This document shows, piece after piece, positions 30,657 to 41,101 of a stretch of 64,000 nucleotides of DNA (position 1 is the stretch's first letter; each line of letters starts with the position of its first letter). Under the pieces are notes generated by a model. That model was not told the origin of the DNA and ran no database searches. It was given only the letters and a program-made list of their open reading frames with translations. Made by a program: the position numbers and the translations under genes. The stretch lies in assembly GCA_040220235.1 (NCBI GenBank), contig JAVJTO010000009.1; one strand, given 5' to 3'. The DNA is from Coleofasciculus sp. B1-GNL1-01 (GTDB lineage: Bacteria; Cyanobacteriota; Cyanobacteriia; Cyanobacteriales; Coleofasciculaceae).

Positions 30657-33600
30657 CTACCAAGGACTACCCACCAGAGTTAAAGCACTCCAGTAGTAAG
30701 GATGGGTAAAATCTTGGTCTGGCGTTTGGGCGAGTTCGGGGTTTAAGGGAATCTGTATATCCCCGGCGATTAACTGTTTGTCCTCTAATCGGACTTCACC
30801 GTTAAGCATCGCCAGTTGAGTTTGGCGCAAGGCTTCGGCTTTAATTGGCGCTTGTTGCAAATGGTCATAAAAGCTGGTCATGAATCCCAGAGTACCCGTA
30901 TCGCTAACATACCAGAGACTGCCTAAGGCGGACTTGACCCCAGCTTGTATGGCTAAACCTGCAAACCCCAATTCGGCTTCTCTGTCTCCCAAAGCGGTAC
31001 GACAAGCGCTGAGGATCAACAATTCTGTGGGGGGATTATTTAATCCGAGTTGACGCAATTGATCTAGTCTCAGCTTTTGGTTCCATAACTGGATATAGGA
31101 GTTAGAGGGTTGACCCGATTTAAACTCGCCGTGAGTGGCTAAGTGGACAATACCAAAGGGTTGGGATGAGCGGATTTCCTTGATATTCTCCAAGGTAAAC
31201 TCTTGGTTGAGAAATGCTTTACCTTGCCACAAGGGACCTGCGATCGCAGATAATTCTAAGGGTACAGCAGGTAAGGGATTCAGATCCTCGAATGTCTCAG
31301 CCCCCATGGCGAGAACCCCAACATCGCGGATATCCACGTAACGAGTATCGGTTAGCGATAGACTGGGCATTAAGCCAACGCTATAACGTTCGATCAGAAA
31401 TCCTTCACCATCATGGAGTGCGGCTACAGGCAAAGAACGCAATCCCTCATCCATGATGAAGGCAAGGTTATCAATCTCTTGGGTTTGTAGATTTTCTTCT
31501 AGGGGAGCAACAAGCCATTGATAAAGTTGTTGTCCTGGCGTGATATAGTCACGGGGAATCCTGACGTTGGTGACGTTGCGGCGAAATTCCTGAGCGACTT
31601 CTAAAACTTGTCCACGGGTTACTCCAGCGATGCGTCGCCGTATCGGGGGTTCCTCGGCGGAGATGATCAGCAGTTCTAATTGATCACTCTCTTGGGGGGT
31701 AATTGTAACATGGGGTCCGGAGCGATTGAGGTAGTTATCAAACGCCTCGGTATTATTTGTTTCTAATCCGATATAGTTGGTGTTTTTTGAGATTTCAGTT
31801 GGCGCAAAGCTGACATAAATGAGTGCGGGTTTTTCCCCTGTTGCTTGTTCAATTTCACTGAGAATTTGACGCGCTTCTGTCTCGCTTTTGATTGGGGTAC
31901 TGACGCGATTGGATGCGATGGGTTGGACGACTGGGAAGGATTCGATCTTCTCTTCTACTTCATTTTGTAGCAGGATAGCCGTTAGACGTGCAGAAGATTC
32001 TAGTATTCCATCATCTGACATATCATCATCTGACATACCATCATCTGACGGTAACTCAACATTAACGCTAACCTGTTGCGGTTCAGAGAAGGAGACGCGA
32101 TCGCTCCCTACAATAGTAAACGCTGCAATGTCGCCCGTCTCATCTATTGGCGGGGTATATACCAACACATCATCGACGGATAGTTCTGTTTCCGAAGTCA
32201 CAGGTGTACCATCTTCTAGGGTCAGCGTTCCGGCAGTAATTTCGCTAATTTGGATTATGGTATTATCACCATTTTCATCTGCCACTTCTATATCTAAATC
32301 CGATAATGTAAATGTAATCGATTCATTTGTTTCTGTCGTTGGCAATAATACATCAGCAGTTAAACTCGGAGATTGATTGACAAACGTAATATTAATATTG
32401 CCCTGAGATGAGGTTATCGTTTCTGGTATCAGAGTACCTGGAGATGGAATTTCTTGATCGGGGAGAATTGTACTACTTTCACCCGCATTAATTCCACCTG
32501 CTGTTCCATTGATACTGGCATCTCCTACCGTAAATAACTCATTATCAATTCCACCATTATGAGTAATGTCTACTATACCCGACTCAGTATTTCCTTCGGT
32601 TTTAATCGTGATATCCGTTTCTGAAATTGTCCCCACACCCCTGACTAAACCATCGGGAATTCCATTGGCGGTGATGCTAACATTACCTCCGATTCCATCG
32701 GCTAAGTCAGAAAACGCTGAGGTGTCGATACTCTCAAATACAATGCTACTTCCCTCTAAGGTTACTGAATTACCTGTTGCCGTTCCGGTTTCATCTGAAG
32801 CGAAAGAAGATGCCGTTGTATCAATTGATCCTGTTTGAATAGCTTCAGTAGCATTGAAGTTGACTTCACCTCCAGTTGCAAAACTCGAAGTAACCACACC
32901 TGCACTACTAAAAGCCGAAGACAATGCAGAGGAATTGATAGTATTTGTATTTATAGAACCTGTTGCGGAATTTAGGCTCACTAATCCTCCAGTTGCAGAA
33001 CCCGCCGTAGCCGAACCTTCAATAGCAAACGCTGAAGACGATGTTGAGGAGTCAATGATGCCTGTTACATCGATATCGCTTCCAGCCTCAATGGTTACTG
33101 AGCCACCTATACTATTAAGTTCGCCATCGCTGCTACCTGAGGTATTAATTCCGTCTGTTGTAATAGTGCCTGATGCGACTAACTCCACAGCACCCCCTTG
33201 GGAATTTTCGCTACTGAACCTTGCTGTATTAATGGAAGAGGAATTAATTTCACCCGTCTGAATATTTCCACCCGCTTCTAAGTTGACTGCTCCCCCTTCA
33301 GACCCGTAAAAATTATCACCCTCAAAAAATGAATTAATCGCAGCGGTAACAATATCGCCGTCGGAGGTTAAGTTAACCGCTCCACCTGTGGGAGAGCCAG
33401 AACCAGCCCACGTTGAACTCGAATTAATTTCTCCAGTTGTAATACCAGTCGGTGCATTTAGAGTAATTGCACCGCCATTGCTATCTGCAGAACTAGAATT
33501 TAGTGTTCCTCCTGTGCTGTCAATAAAACCACTGGAACTGGTCAGTTCAATCGTGCCACCCGCTGTGATTATATTATTATTAACCTCAATATTACCATTG

Positions 33601-35930
33601 GCTAACAAAAATACATTGAGTGGTTCACCACCCTCACCATCGGCACTAAAAATTTCAGCGTTGATGAAAATATCATTGGCAGCATCTAAGGTCAGGTTTC
33701 TCTCACTAAATGAAAAGCTAGAAAGGTCAGCGGCTAACGTAATATTACCTTCTTGATTTCCTGTGTCTCCTGTGGTAATTGTGACGCTGGTTCCTAAATC
33801 GAGAGCTGCTTCAATGTCAGCTACATTGATTATTGCACCATCCGCCGTTGGTGTGAACGTTCCATCAATAAATGTCCCGTCACTGGTATCCATATCCGTA
33901 ATTGTGACATTACGTGGATCGAGTAACCAACTCCCAGGTAAACCATTAGCCGCACTCGCATCGACTGATCCACCAATGGATTCCAACAAGTTTTTCCCGG
34001 ATGTTTCGACAAACCCACCATTACCGCTTTCTGGACCTCCTCGCGCTGTGATTGTCCCAGAAAAGCGGGTAAAATCATCTGACCAAATAATAACACGCCC
34101 GCCATTTCCATTCACTCTGGCATCGGCATTAATAGTTACTTGATTACCGACTACAGTTGTGTCAGCCGTCGGAATTGTACCTTGCCCTTTATACTCGCCG
34201 CCAACTCGGATTTCACCCCCACCTGTGTCACCCGAAACATTAATTTGGGCTTGATCGACTAAACCGACAACAGTTCCGAAAACGTCTACATTTCCACCCA
34301 CTGAATCCGCAGAAGCATCCACTGTTCCCGATACAATTGCGGTTCCTGGTTGCTGAGGAATTACCGTACCTGCGGTAGTTTGTACTGTGTTATCTTCATT
34401 AACCGTTAAACCCGTTTCCTGATTACTTCCTGTGAGTAATTCCGGCAACATTAGGGGGGTGATGGCGTTAGGGTTATTGGTGGATACCTCCAAACTTAAT
34501 ACTTGTCCTGTTTGCGTCAGACGCAAACGGCTGGTTCCCGGAACTGCCGCAATGGTAATTGTGCCACCAGTCGCTTCCATTGTCCCTGTATTGATAACAT
34601 TTCCCCCAACTAGGGAGAGTGTCTGCCCTTCGGATACAGCTAAATTACCTGCGTTAACAATACTTCCAGGCTGTGAGGTGGCAAACTCAAAGGCACTGGG
34701 ATTACCGACAAGGTTGATATAATTAGTTGAACCTACAGCGTTAAACCAACCCCCATCAAAACCAATTCCTGTAGCTGTTGTTGCCGTAAAATCAGCCGGA
34801 ACATTCAGACTAGCGTTAGCCCCAAATACAATCCCCGAAGGATTCATCAAAAACAAATTGGAGTTGCCACCTGTGACTTGAACTAAACCATTAATGATTG
34901 AAGGATATCCCCCATTGACCCGCCCTAGTATGTTTTGAATCGAGGGTTGAGAAATAAAGTTGGCAATTTGTTCGCTGTCTAATCCAAATTGACTAAAACT
35001 GTGGAACAGATTCGCCCCATCTCCCGATAATGTACCGCCTGCGATATCGATCTGATCGCCTATTGGTGTAACCTGAGTTCCTGTACCATCTGCTGATGGT
35101 GTAATTTGTGCCTGTGCTGGCATAAAATTTATAGCAGCTATGAGGGGAAGTGCCGCGAATGATACTATCTGTTTCAACACTTTGCGAATTGGACGGATAC
35201 AGGCAGGTTTTGAGGATAAACCTGATCGGTTGATTGAACTGCGGCGTGCGATCGCCCAAGCCACAGCTTTACGGGCTTGCAGACGTTGCTCAATGGAGTG
35301 CTGATAACATATACTGTCTGAATGATTGCGATAATAATAGAGCGGTTTTTTCAGGTGGTATACGTCTGTTAGTTCAGAAAGTCGTAAGGATAGATCGTAG
35401 TCTTCAACATAGTAAAATAACTCATCAATTCCTCCCACTTTGTCATAGACGGAACGACGGATTAACCGGAAGTGAAAGGTCATGAATTTTTGTAACATTC
35501 CTTCTTTTGAGAAGGGAATACGACATCGACTGCCATAACCTGTCACGTTACCGCTTTTATTGATTACTTGGTAGTCGGTGTAAACCATTCCTACCTCTGG
35601 CTGAGTATCCAAAATCGCGGCGGTTTCCGCCAAGGCGGTAGGGGCTAATCTGTCATCGCTATCCACCCAACCAATATAAGAACCCGTGGTTTGGGCGATC
35701 GCACGTTTGAGGGAAATACCTCGTCCTTGATGTTCAGCCGCGACTACCCGGACTCGGGGATCGCGTTTAGCATAGTCTTGGGCAATCGTAACTGATTGAT
35801 CCGTTGACCCATCATCCCACACAATTAACTCAAAATCCCCCCAGGTTTGTGCCAGTATGCTGTCAATGGCTGCACCGAGGTAATTTTCTCGGTTATAGGT
35901 GGTGATGACAAGAGAAATGGCGGTAGTCAT
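30657..35930 (-). CDS. Fusion: GT2 glycosyltransferase + internal signal peptide + FHA secretion/beta-helix region + Ig-like module + CHAT protease
   Basis: 1757-aa ORF: SLVITTYN/DDGSTD/DSDD/EDYDL; ...PAQA|QITP; NLFHSF, NLFLMNPSG; HLATHG and LSAC. Confidence 0.92.
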   Translation of the reverse strand: MTTAISLVITTYNRENYLGAAIDSILAQTWGDFELIVWDDGSTDQSVTIAQDYAKRDPRVRVVAAEHQGRGISLKRAIAQTTGSYIGWVDSDDRLAPTALAETAAILDTQPEVGMVYTDYQVINKSGNVTGYGSRCRIPFSKEGMLQKFMTFHFRLIRRSVYDKVGGIDELFYYVEDYDLSLRLSELTDVYHLKKPLYYYRNHSDSICYQHSIEQRLQARKAVAWAIARRSSINRSGLSSKPACIRPIRKVLKQIVSFAALPLIAAINFMPAQAQITPSADGTGTQVTPIGDQIDIAGGTLSGDGANLFHSFSQFGLDSEQIANFISQPSIQNILGRVNGGYPSIINGLVQVTGGNSNLFLMNPSGIVFGANASLNVPADFTATTATGIGFDGGWFNAVGSTNYINLVGNPSAFEFATSQPGSIVNAGNLAVSEGQTLSLVGGNVINTGTMEATGGTITIAAVPGTSRLRLTQTGQVLSLEVSTNNPNAITPLMLPELLTGSNQETGLTVNEDNTVQTTAGTVIPQQPGTAIVSGTVDASADSVGGNVDVFGTVVGLVDQAQINVSGDTGGGEIRVGGEYKGQGTIPTADTTVVGNQVTINADARVNGNGGRVIIWSDDFTRFSGTITARGGPESGNGGFVETSGKNLLESIGGSVDASAANGLPGSWLLDPRNVTITDMDTSDGTFIDGTFTPTADGAIINVADIEAALDLGTSVTITTGDTGNQEGNITLAADLSSFSFSERNLTLDAANDIFINAEIFSADGEGGEPLNVFLLANGNIEVNNNIITAGGTIELTSSSGFIDSTGGTLNSSSADSNGGAITLNAPTGITTGEINSSSTWAGSGSPTGGAVNLTSDGDIVTAAINSFFEGDNFYGSEGGAVNLEAGGNIQTGEINSSSINTARFSSENSQGGAVELVASGTITTDGINTSGSSDGELNSIGGSVTIEAGSDIDVTGIIDSSTSSSAFAIEGSATAGSATGGLVSLNSATGSINTNTINSSALSSAFSSAGVVTSSFATGGEVNFNATEAIQTGSIDTTASSFASDETGTATGNSVTLEGSSIVFESIDTSAFSDLADGIGGNVSITANGIPDGLVRGVGTISETDITIKTEGNTESGIVDITHNGGIDNELFTVGDASINGTAGGINAGESSTILPDQEIPSPGTLIPETITSSQGNINITFVNQSPSLTADVLLPTTETNESITFTLSDLDIEVADENGDNTIIQISEITAGTLTLEDGTPVTSETELSVDDVLVYTPPIDETGDIAAFTIVGSDRVSFSEPQQVSVNVELPSDDGMSDDDMSDDGILESSARLTAILLQNEVEEKIESFPVVQPIASNRVSTPIKSETEARQILSEIEQATGEKPALIYVSFAPTEISKNTNYIGLETNNTEAFDNYLNRSGPHVTITPQESDQLELLIISAEEPPIRRRIAGVTRGQVLEVAQEFRRNVTNVRIPRDYITPGQQLYQWLVAPLEENLQTQEIDNLAFIMDEGLRSLPVAALHDGEGFLIERYSVGLMPSLSLTDTRYVDIRDVGVLAMGAETFEDLNPLPAVPLELSAIAGPLWQGKAFLNQEFTLENIKEIRSSQPFGIVHLATHGEFKSGQPSNSYIQLWNQKLRLDQLRQLGLNNPPTELLILSACRTALGDREAELGFAGLAIQAGVKSALGSLWYVSDTGTLGFMTSFYDHLQQAPIKAEALRQTQLAMLNGEVRLEDKQLIAGDIQIPLNPELAQTPDQDFTHPYYWSALTLVGSPW

Positions 35931-36173
35931 AGCATCCTCCAGAAGGGTGGTTTTGGGGGCTTGAGGTGTGGGAGATCGGCTAGTGTGATCGCGGATTAGA
36001 TCCTACTGTCTATCGTAGTCGAGGGATTTGCGATAGGCTAATTTCATAAAATAAGTTAACTATTATTGATGCTGTTCAAGTTTACCTCGATAAGGACACG
36101 ACCATGCCGTGTCCCTACCTCTATTTAACAGGTCTTAAATCAGCGATATTTAACCTCAGATCTAACCCATTGC

Positions 36174-36764
36174 TTAAACCTTCACTTCATCAGCAAAACT
36201 CGCCCGACGGACAAAGTAAAATGGACCAGCAATAGATCCCCAAATATGTTCATCAGTTACGGGATCGCGCCCCCTGTCTAAACTGATAAACTGATTTTCG
36301 TCAATTTCAAACGTGCTATCTAGATAGGTTTCTTTACCTTTGCGAACAACCTTACAGGCTTTGCCCGGTTCAACGTGTCCTTTAAAGCTTTTCCCTGTCC
36401 ATTCCACAATCATATTACAACCCGGAAGTTTATCTAGCTGATCAATGGTGAGAGTTTGTAGGCGGTTAAGATCCCGAGAGGCACCGTAAAATTTTTCGGG
36501 GTCTTTAACGGTGTAATTTTCAATTTCAATATGATCGCCAACTACCATTAATTTCAACACTCGTAAGCGGTAGGGGACATTCAGAAGATAGTCATAGGCT
36601 TGTTCGACAAAGAAACTGACGCCATCCAGGAGTGACGTGGGGAGGGGACGCATAAACACCCGGATATGGGCGTAAAAGGGCGGATTGTCGAAGGCTTGTT
36701 GTTGGTTACTAAAGTCAGCCGCCATCCAACGGGCTAATGTGGCAATGTCAGTTGAATGAGTCAT
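36174..36764 (-). CDS. cpcT: Phycobiliprotein lyase CpcT/CpeT
   Basis: MTHSTDIATLARWMAADFSN, EQAY, PYR, DRG.D...WGS; ATG at 36764. Confidence 0.93.
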   Translation of the reverse strand: MTHSTDIATLARWMAADFSNQQQAFDNPPFYAHIRVFMRPLPTSLLDGVSFFVEQAYDYLLNVPYRLRVLKLMVVGDHIEIENYTVKDPEKFYGASRDLNRLQTLTIDQLDKLPGCNMIVEWTGKSFKGHVEPGKACKVVRKGKETYLDSTFEIDENQFISLDRGRDPVTDEHIWGSIAGPFYFVRRASFADEVKV

Positions 36765-36887
36765 TATACGGTGTTTTAATCGAGATATTGGATACGGATC
36801 AATCTTAATTGATTCTATTCCCAATAACAGAGGCATTCACGGCTTTATTGCTGTACCCTAAGAGAGTCGAGCGGTGAGCAAACCTCT

Positions 36888-38216
36888 GTGGATGCAATTC
36901 TAGAGCAAGCCAAAGATCTGAAACAAGCCCTAACCAACTTCGTACTGGAAGCAGACGGAGAGTTAGCCGTCGCCTTGGAAAGCTATGCGGCGGATGAGTT
37001 GACGCGAGAACCCTACGATATCAACCAGCGCAACTTGGTGATTGATACCTTCTTAACTGAGGGTGAGGTGGATAATCAGACACCATTGGATCTGTTCCTA
37101 GAACACCATCCCAATTTAACACCCAGCGATCGCACGTTGTTAAACCGCTGGCGAGATAGCTTTATTGGCTTGTTTGAACTCACCCACATCCTCCCCGATG
37201 GCTTTGAACTGAAAAATTGGCTAACCGATAAGCATTACACCGTAAAACCCACTCATCCCACGACCATAGACCAGATGCGGCGGTTTAAAGTGGGGGAAAT
37301 CTTACTCACTCGCCTCGCCCCCGTCACCGATACCTACTGGATGATTTTTAGTCCCATCCTTGCCAAAGGGCGCTTAAGTCAGCCGAAGCTAGCCGTAGCG
37401 ATTGGGGAATTCAAGAATAACTACAAAAATGCTCTTTACCGTGATGCGCCGGAACTGTTAGAACAGGCTTGGGACTCTGTAGCGACTTATCATCAAGCAT
37501 TTGTAGACTTCTTTGGACGCGATCGCGTTACCCTCCCTGGATACCAGCTTAATCAAAAATTGGCTCAACTGCGGGATAAAATGACCCAGGAACGTCTGGC
37601 GGCGGCTGGGATTGATCCGTCGAAATCCCTGAAAGACATAATTCAAGATTCGGGTACGGATGAGGAGGACGTTAAATCAGCGGCGGTAGAAGCAGGCGCA
37701 GACGCTACAGCAGTAACCAATATGTTGGATAATGCCGCCACATCCCCGATGATGATACCTAATGTGGATTTACCGGACGATATCCGCAACGCTGAACAGG
37801 TGACTGTTTTTTCTCATCCCCGTTGGGGTCAGATGTTTCTTCCCAGTTACTCTAAGTTTCAAGAGATGCTAGAGTCAGAAGACTGGCAAACGTATCCCAA
37901 TGCTGAACAACGAGTCCACAAATACTTAAATGATCCTCAGATTAACCTGTTTATCTGGCAACAGCTAGCCCAGGAGTATCCGACTCAACTGGAGACGGTA
38001 TTACAAACAGTGTTAGATCGTCCAGATTTTAATCTCCAGCAGGATTTAGAACCCACACTTCACCAGGAGTTTCATAAACCCCTAGAACCGGAACTCCCAG
38101 AAATTGCTAGCGTTCCCCTGCATTTGCACAATCTGTTTGAGTCGGCTGTGGCTGAGGTTCACAAATCCAAGTCTAAAGGTAAGCGTAAAAAGAAAGCCGC
38201 CAAAGGCTTCCAATAA
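36888..38216 (+). CDS. Hypothetical protein with basic KGF tail
   Basis: 442-aa ORF with GTG start, ending KKKAAKGFQ. Confidence 0.8.
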   Translation: MDAILEQAKDLKQALTNFVLEADGELAVALESYAADELTREPYDINQRNLVIDTFLTEGEVDNQTPLDLFLEHHPNLTPSDRTLLNRWRDSFIGLFELTHILPDGFELKNWLTDKHYTVKPTHPTTIDQMRRFKVGEILLTRLAPVTDTYWMIFSPILAKGRLSQPKLAVAIGEFKNNYKNALYRDAPELLEQAWDSVATYHQAFVDFFGRDRVTLPGYQLNQKLAQLRDKMTQERLAAAGIDPSKSLKDIIQDSGTDEEDVKSAAVEAGADATAVTNMLDNAATSPMMIPNVDLPDDIRNAEQVTVFSHPRWGQMFLPSYSKFQEMLESEDWQTYPNAEQRVHKYLNDPQINLFIWQQLAQEYPTQLETVLQTVLDRPDFNLQQDLEPTLHQEFHKPLEPELPEIASVPLHLHNLFESAVAEVHKSKSKGKRKKKAAKGFQ

Positions 38217-38266
38217 TCCTTTGGATAGGTTAGGATAGGGCAAATTATCTACTAATATCTCTATCG

Positions 38267-38524
38267 ATGGATAGAAAAATCATTCGCCTTTGCCTATTGA
38301 TCGTGAGTTGTAGTGCGGTGGGACTTGTTGTGGGAGGTACTGCCGCTCAAGCCGAACTGAATCAGTGTTTAGGTGTTGCGACACCGACCGATGAGTGCTT
38401 GTTGCAAGATCCCATGGTTAAAACGGTCGAAGGAATGGGAATGGGTTTATTAGCAGGTGTTGGTGCTTCTGTTGGCGCAGTCTGGCAGATTTGGCAGAAT
38501 AAGTCAGTCGGTGGGGACAATTAA
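38267..38524 (+). CDS. Small two-TM protein with a Cys pair
   Basis: 85 aa, two hydrophobic Gly-rich segments flanking C-x9-C. Confidence 0.7.
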   Translation: MDRKIIRLCLLIVSCSAVGLVVGGTAAQAELNQCLGVATPTDECLLQDPMVKTVEGMGMGLLAGVGASVGAVWQIWQNKSVGGDN

Positions 38525-38661
38525 CGTTAATGGTTATTTGTCATTTGTCATTTGTCATTCGTAAGGGTTGAGGGGTAACAACTGCATAATTTCCATGCAC
38601 ATCAGTTTATTCGTGCAGTGTGTCTTTTCCTCCTACGCCTATAAAACAGGCAAAAAGCAGA

Positions 38662-38764
38662 TAAGCTGTCATGCATTTAAATTGGGCATTAGTAGCGAGC
38701 AAGATGCTCGCACTACAAGGCTTTCGCCATTATTGACATTAAGGTTTAAATGCCGAACAGCTTA
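38662..38764. mobile_element. ~100-bp MITE-like element with TAAGCTGT....GCATTTAAA inverted ends
   Basis: TAAGCTGTCATGCATTTAAA...TTTAAATGCCGAACAGCTTA; copies at 48866-49094 and 52944-53046, partial at 55513. Confidence 0.8.
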
Positions 38765-38831
38765 TTAACCTTACAGTCTTCTGCCTTCTGCCTTTTGCCT
38801 TCTGCCTTTTGCCTTCTATCTTATTTTTTGA

Positions 38832-39107
38832 TTAGGCGGATTTCTGAGTAAGTAAACCCCAGATAAAGATTAACAGCAAGGCACCGAGAACGGCAAAGAT
38901 AATACTGCCAATACTGAGAGCGCCTGAAGCGGCGGCGGCGGCTCCGGACGAGCCTAATAAGAGTTTACCTAGAAACCCTCCGACTAAAGCACCGAGAATC
39001 CCTAAGCCAATGGTGGCAAAGATTCCACCGCCTTGGTGTCCGGGATAAATGAGTTTTGCGATCGCGCCTGCAATTAGACCTAATACGAGCCAAGCGATAA
39101 TATTCAT
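38832..39107 (-). CDS. GlsB/YeaQ/YmgE family stress membrane protein
   Basis: MNIIAWLVLGLIAGAIAKLIYPG, GILGALVGG. Confidence 0.92.
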   Translation of the reverse strand: MNIIAWLVLGLIAGAIAKLIYPGHQGGGIFATIGLGILGALVGGFLGKLLLGSSGAAAAASGALSIGSIIFAVLGALLLIFIWGLLTQKSA

Positions 39108-39224
39108 AGAATTTTCTCCGTAGTGTTTGTTTATTGATGTTTATGTCACGATTATGTTCAGGATATCAATTCACCGTAACGCTTCGCGTCTACCCAATTA
39201 GATAAATTCAATCTGCCTAAATTA

Positions 39225-39252
39225 GTAGAGACGTAGCATGCTACGTCTCTAC
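39225..39252. repeat. Perfect 28-bp REP-like palindrome GTAGAGACGTAGCATGCTACGTCTCTAC
   Basis: Identical copy at 62364-62391; variants with a GCCATGGC centre near 53107 and 63521. Confidence 0.9.
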
Positions 39253-39321
39253 ACTCAAATTAATTCGGGGGACTCAAACCCCAACCGCTATTGGTTTAAA
39301 TTTCCCTATACTTAGGATTTA

Positions 39322-39411
39322 TACCAAGTTGCATTCAAAACTTTCCCTCCCCCTGCTTCCCCTGCTTCCCCTGCTTTTCCTATCTACTATGTTTGAGCGC
39401 AACTCGGTATT
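39322..39411. mobile_element. ~90-bp MITE-like element containing CCCCTGCTT repeats
   Basis: Imperfect inverted ends TACCAAGTTGCATTCAAA / TTTGAGCGCAACTCGGTA. Confidence 0.6.
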
Positions 39412-41101
39412 AGTGGGGGCGCTTGCGTTTTAATCCGACCCAACCTAAGGAACTAAACATTAACAAACCGAGTATAGAACTGGGTTCCGGTACGCTTTCA
39501 ACTTCAAAGACACTCACGGTACCACTGGTTTCATTAGCAGTAACCACCAAGGGATTACCATTAGGACTCTCGTTAGCGGCAATAAACAGCAACCCTTCTA
39601 GCCCCAAATCACCGACGGCGGCTAGCTGTTCGGCTGTCGGATCAGGGTCTCCCTCATCATCTAAATTAAAATCAACGGAGAAGTCGCGGTTGTTGACATA
39701 ATCCAGGAAGAAGGGGTTAAACGGATCAGTAATGTCATAACTGATAATGCCACCAATGCGTTCTAAACCAATAAAGGCAATAGTGCGACCAAAGAGTTCA
39801 GCAATCGTCACTGCTTGAGGTTCAGGTCCCTTATCATCACTGCGATCATCAAATAGGTTGATTTCGTCGTCAGAGTTGAAGAACTCTGGGAAAAACTCGG
39901 CTGTGATTTGTTCAAACGCATCACCACTGTCAAAGATAAGTTCGCCGTCTGTATCAAAAATCGAGAATGAACGTCCACCAAAGGTATACAGTTCCTCGAA
40001 TTCTTCATCGTCGTCTGTGTTACCTAGGGTAGTGGTGACTTTTAAACGACCCAGATTTTCATCCTTTTGTAATTCTGCGGCGTTGGGGAACGCTTGGGGG
40101 TCAAGCAGTAAGTCGCCTACCCTCGCCTCTTCACTAAAAAACTCAAAGTCGCGGCTGTCGCCTTCATTGGCAGTAACCAGATAGGTCTCACCATCTACCA
40201 TATAGGAGGCAATCCCGTCGGGTTGGTACATCCCGAACAGGTTGTTGTAATTGGTGATGTTGATTTTACCGTCTTCGTCGCTGGCGTCTAAGGCATTCCC
40301 TGGCACGCTATAATCTTTGAAACCTAACCCGATCACTTTTTCGACCTGACCACTGGCAATATCCACCACCGCGATCGCATTATTTTCTTGCAGGGTGACA
40401 TAAGCTTTTTGGGAATCCTGGGACACTGTAACAAATTCCGGTTCCAGGTTTTGAGAGGGGTTATCCTTGTTAGGTCCAAACAGGCGAACGTTGGCTGGGA
40501 TGGAAACACCATCAAAGTTAGCTGTGGTTACATTAAACGTTGCCAAATCAATAATACTGACCGAACCCTGGGGATCTTCTGAGTAATCATCACTCAACTC
40601 CCCCTCGTTAGCCACAATAATCTTGGTGCCATCTGGGGTAAAGGTGAGTGAGTCCGGGACTGAACCCACGGAAACGGGGTCATGTAGGGGATTCCCTTCT
40701 GAGTCAAAAAACAACACAAAACCGGGATTTTGCGGTATCTCATTGGTAACAGAGACAGCAAATATACCATTGCTATAGCTGACGCTGTTAGGTGACCCAA
40801 ATTCAGAAACGTTGATGGGGTCGAACAACGACGACGGATTCGTCGGATTGCTAATATCAAGGATATTAATTTGCTGTTGACCGGAACTGGTCACGAACAA
40901 CCGTTGAGTGATCGGATCATACGCCGTTTGTTCGGCGGTGCTGTCGGCAAACATACCTGTCGAGAATGAACCGATGGGTGTCAGGTTGAGATTAATCGCG
41001 GCGGCTGGTGTCGCCACCATACCGAGTAAAACGGCTGACTGTAGGGTTGACTGAACTATACTCGGCATTCGATGAATGAGTGAATTGTGACGCCTAGACA
41101 T
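39410..41101 (-). CDS. Choice-of-anchor I (alkaline-phosphatase-associated beta-propeller) protein with PEP-CTERM
   Basis: VANEGE, LEPE, TLQENNA, YQPD, TANEGD, RSDDKGPEP, GLERIGG; C-terminal VPEPSS-TM-KRKR. Confidence 0.9.
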   Translation of the reverse strand: MSRRHNSLIHRMPSIVQSTLQSAVLLGMVATPAAAINLNLTPIGSFSTGMFADSTAEQTAYDPITQRLFVTSSGQQQINILDISNPTNPSSLFDPINVSEFGSPNSVSYSNGIFAVSVTNEIPQNPGFVLFFDSEGNPLHDPVSVGSVPDSLTFTPDGTKIIVANEGELSDDYSEDPQGSVSIIDLATFNVTTANFDGVSIPANVRLFGPNKDNPSQNLEPEFVTVSQDSQKAYVTLQENNAIAVVDIASGQVEKVIGLGFKDYSVPGNALDASDEDGKINITNYNNLFGMYQPDGIASYMVDGETYLVTANEGDSRDFEFFSEEARVGDLLLDPQAFPNAAELQKDENLGRLKVTTTLGNTDDDEEFEELYTFGGRSFSIFDTDGELIFDSGDAFEQITAEFFPEFFNSDDEINLFDDRSDDKGPEPQAVTIAELFGRTIAFIGLERIGGIISYDITDPFNPFFLDYVNNRDFSVDFNLDDEGDPDPTAEQLAAVGDLGLEGLLFIAANESPNGNPLVVTANETSGTVSVFEVESVPEPSSILGLLMFSSLGWVGLKRKRPH

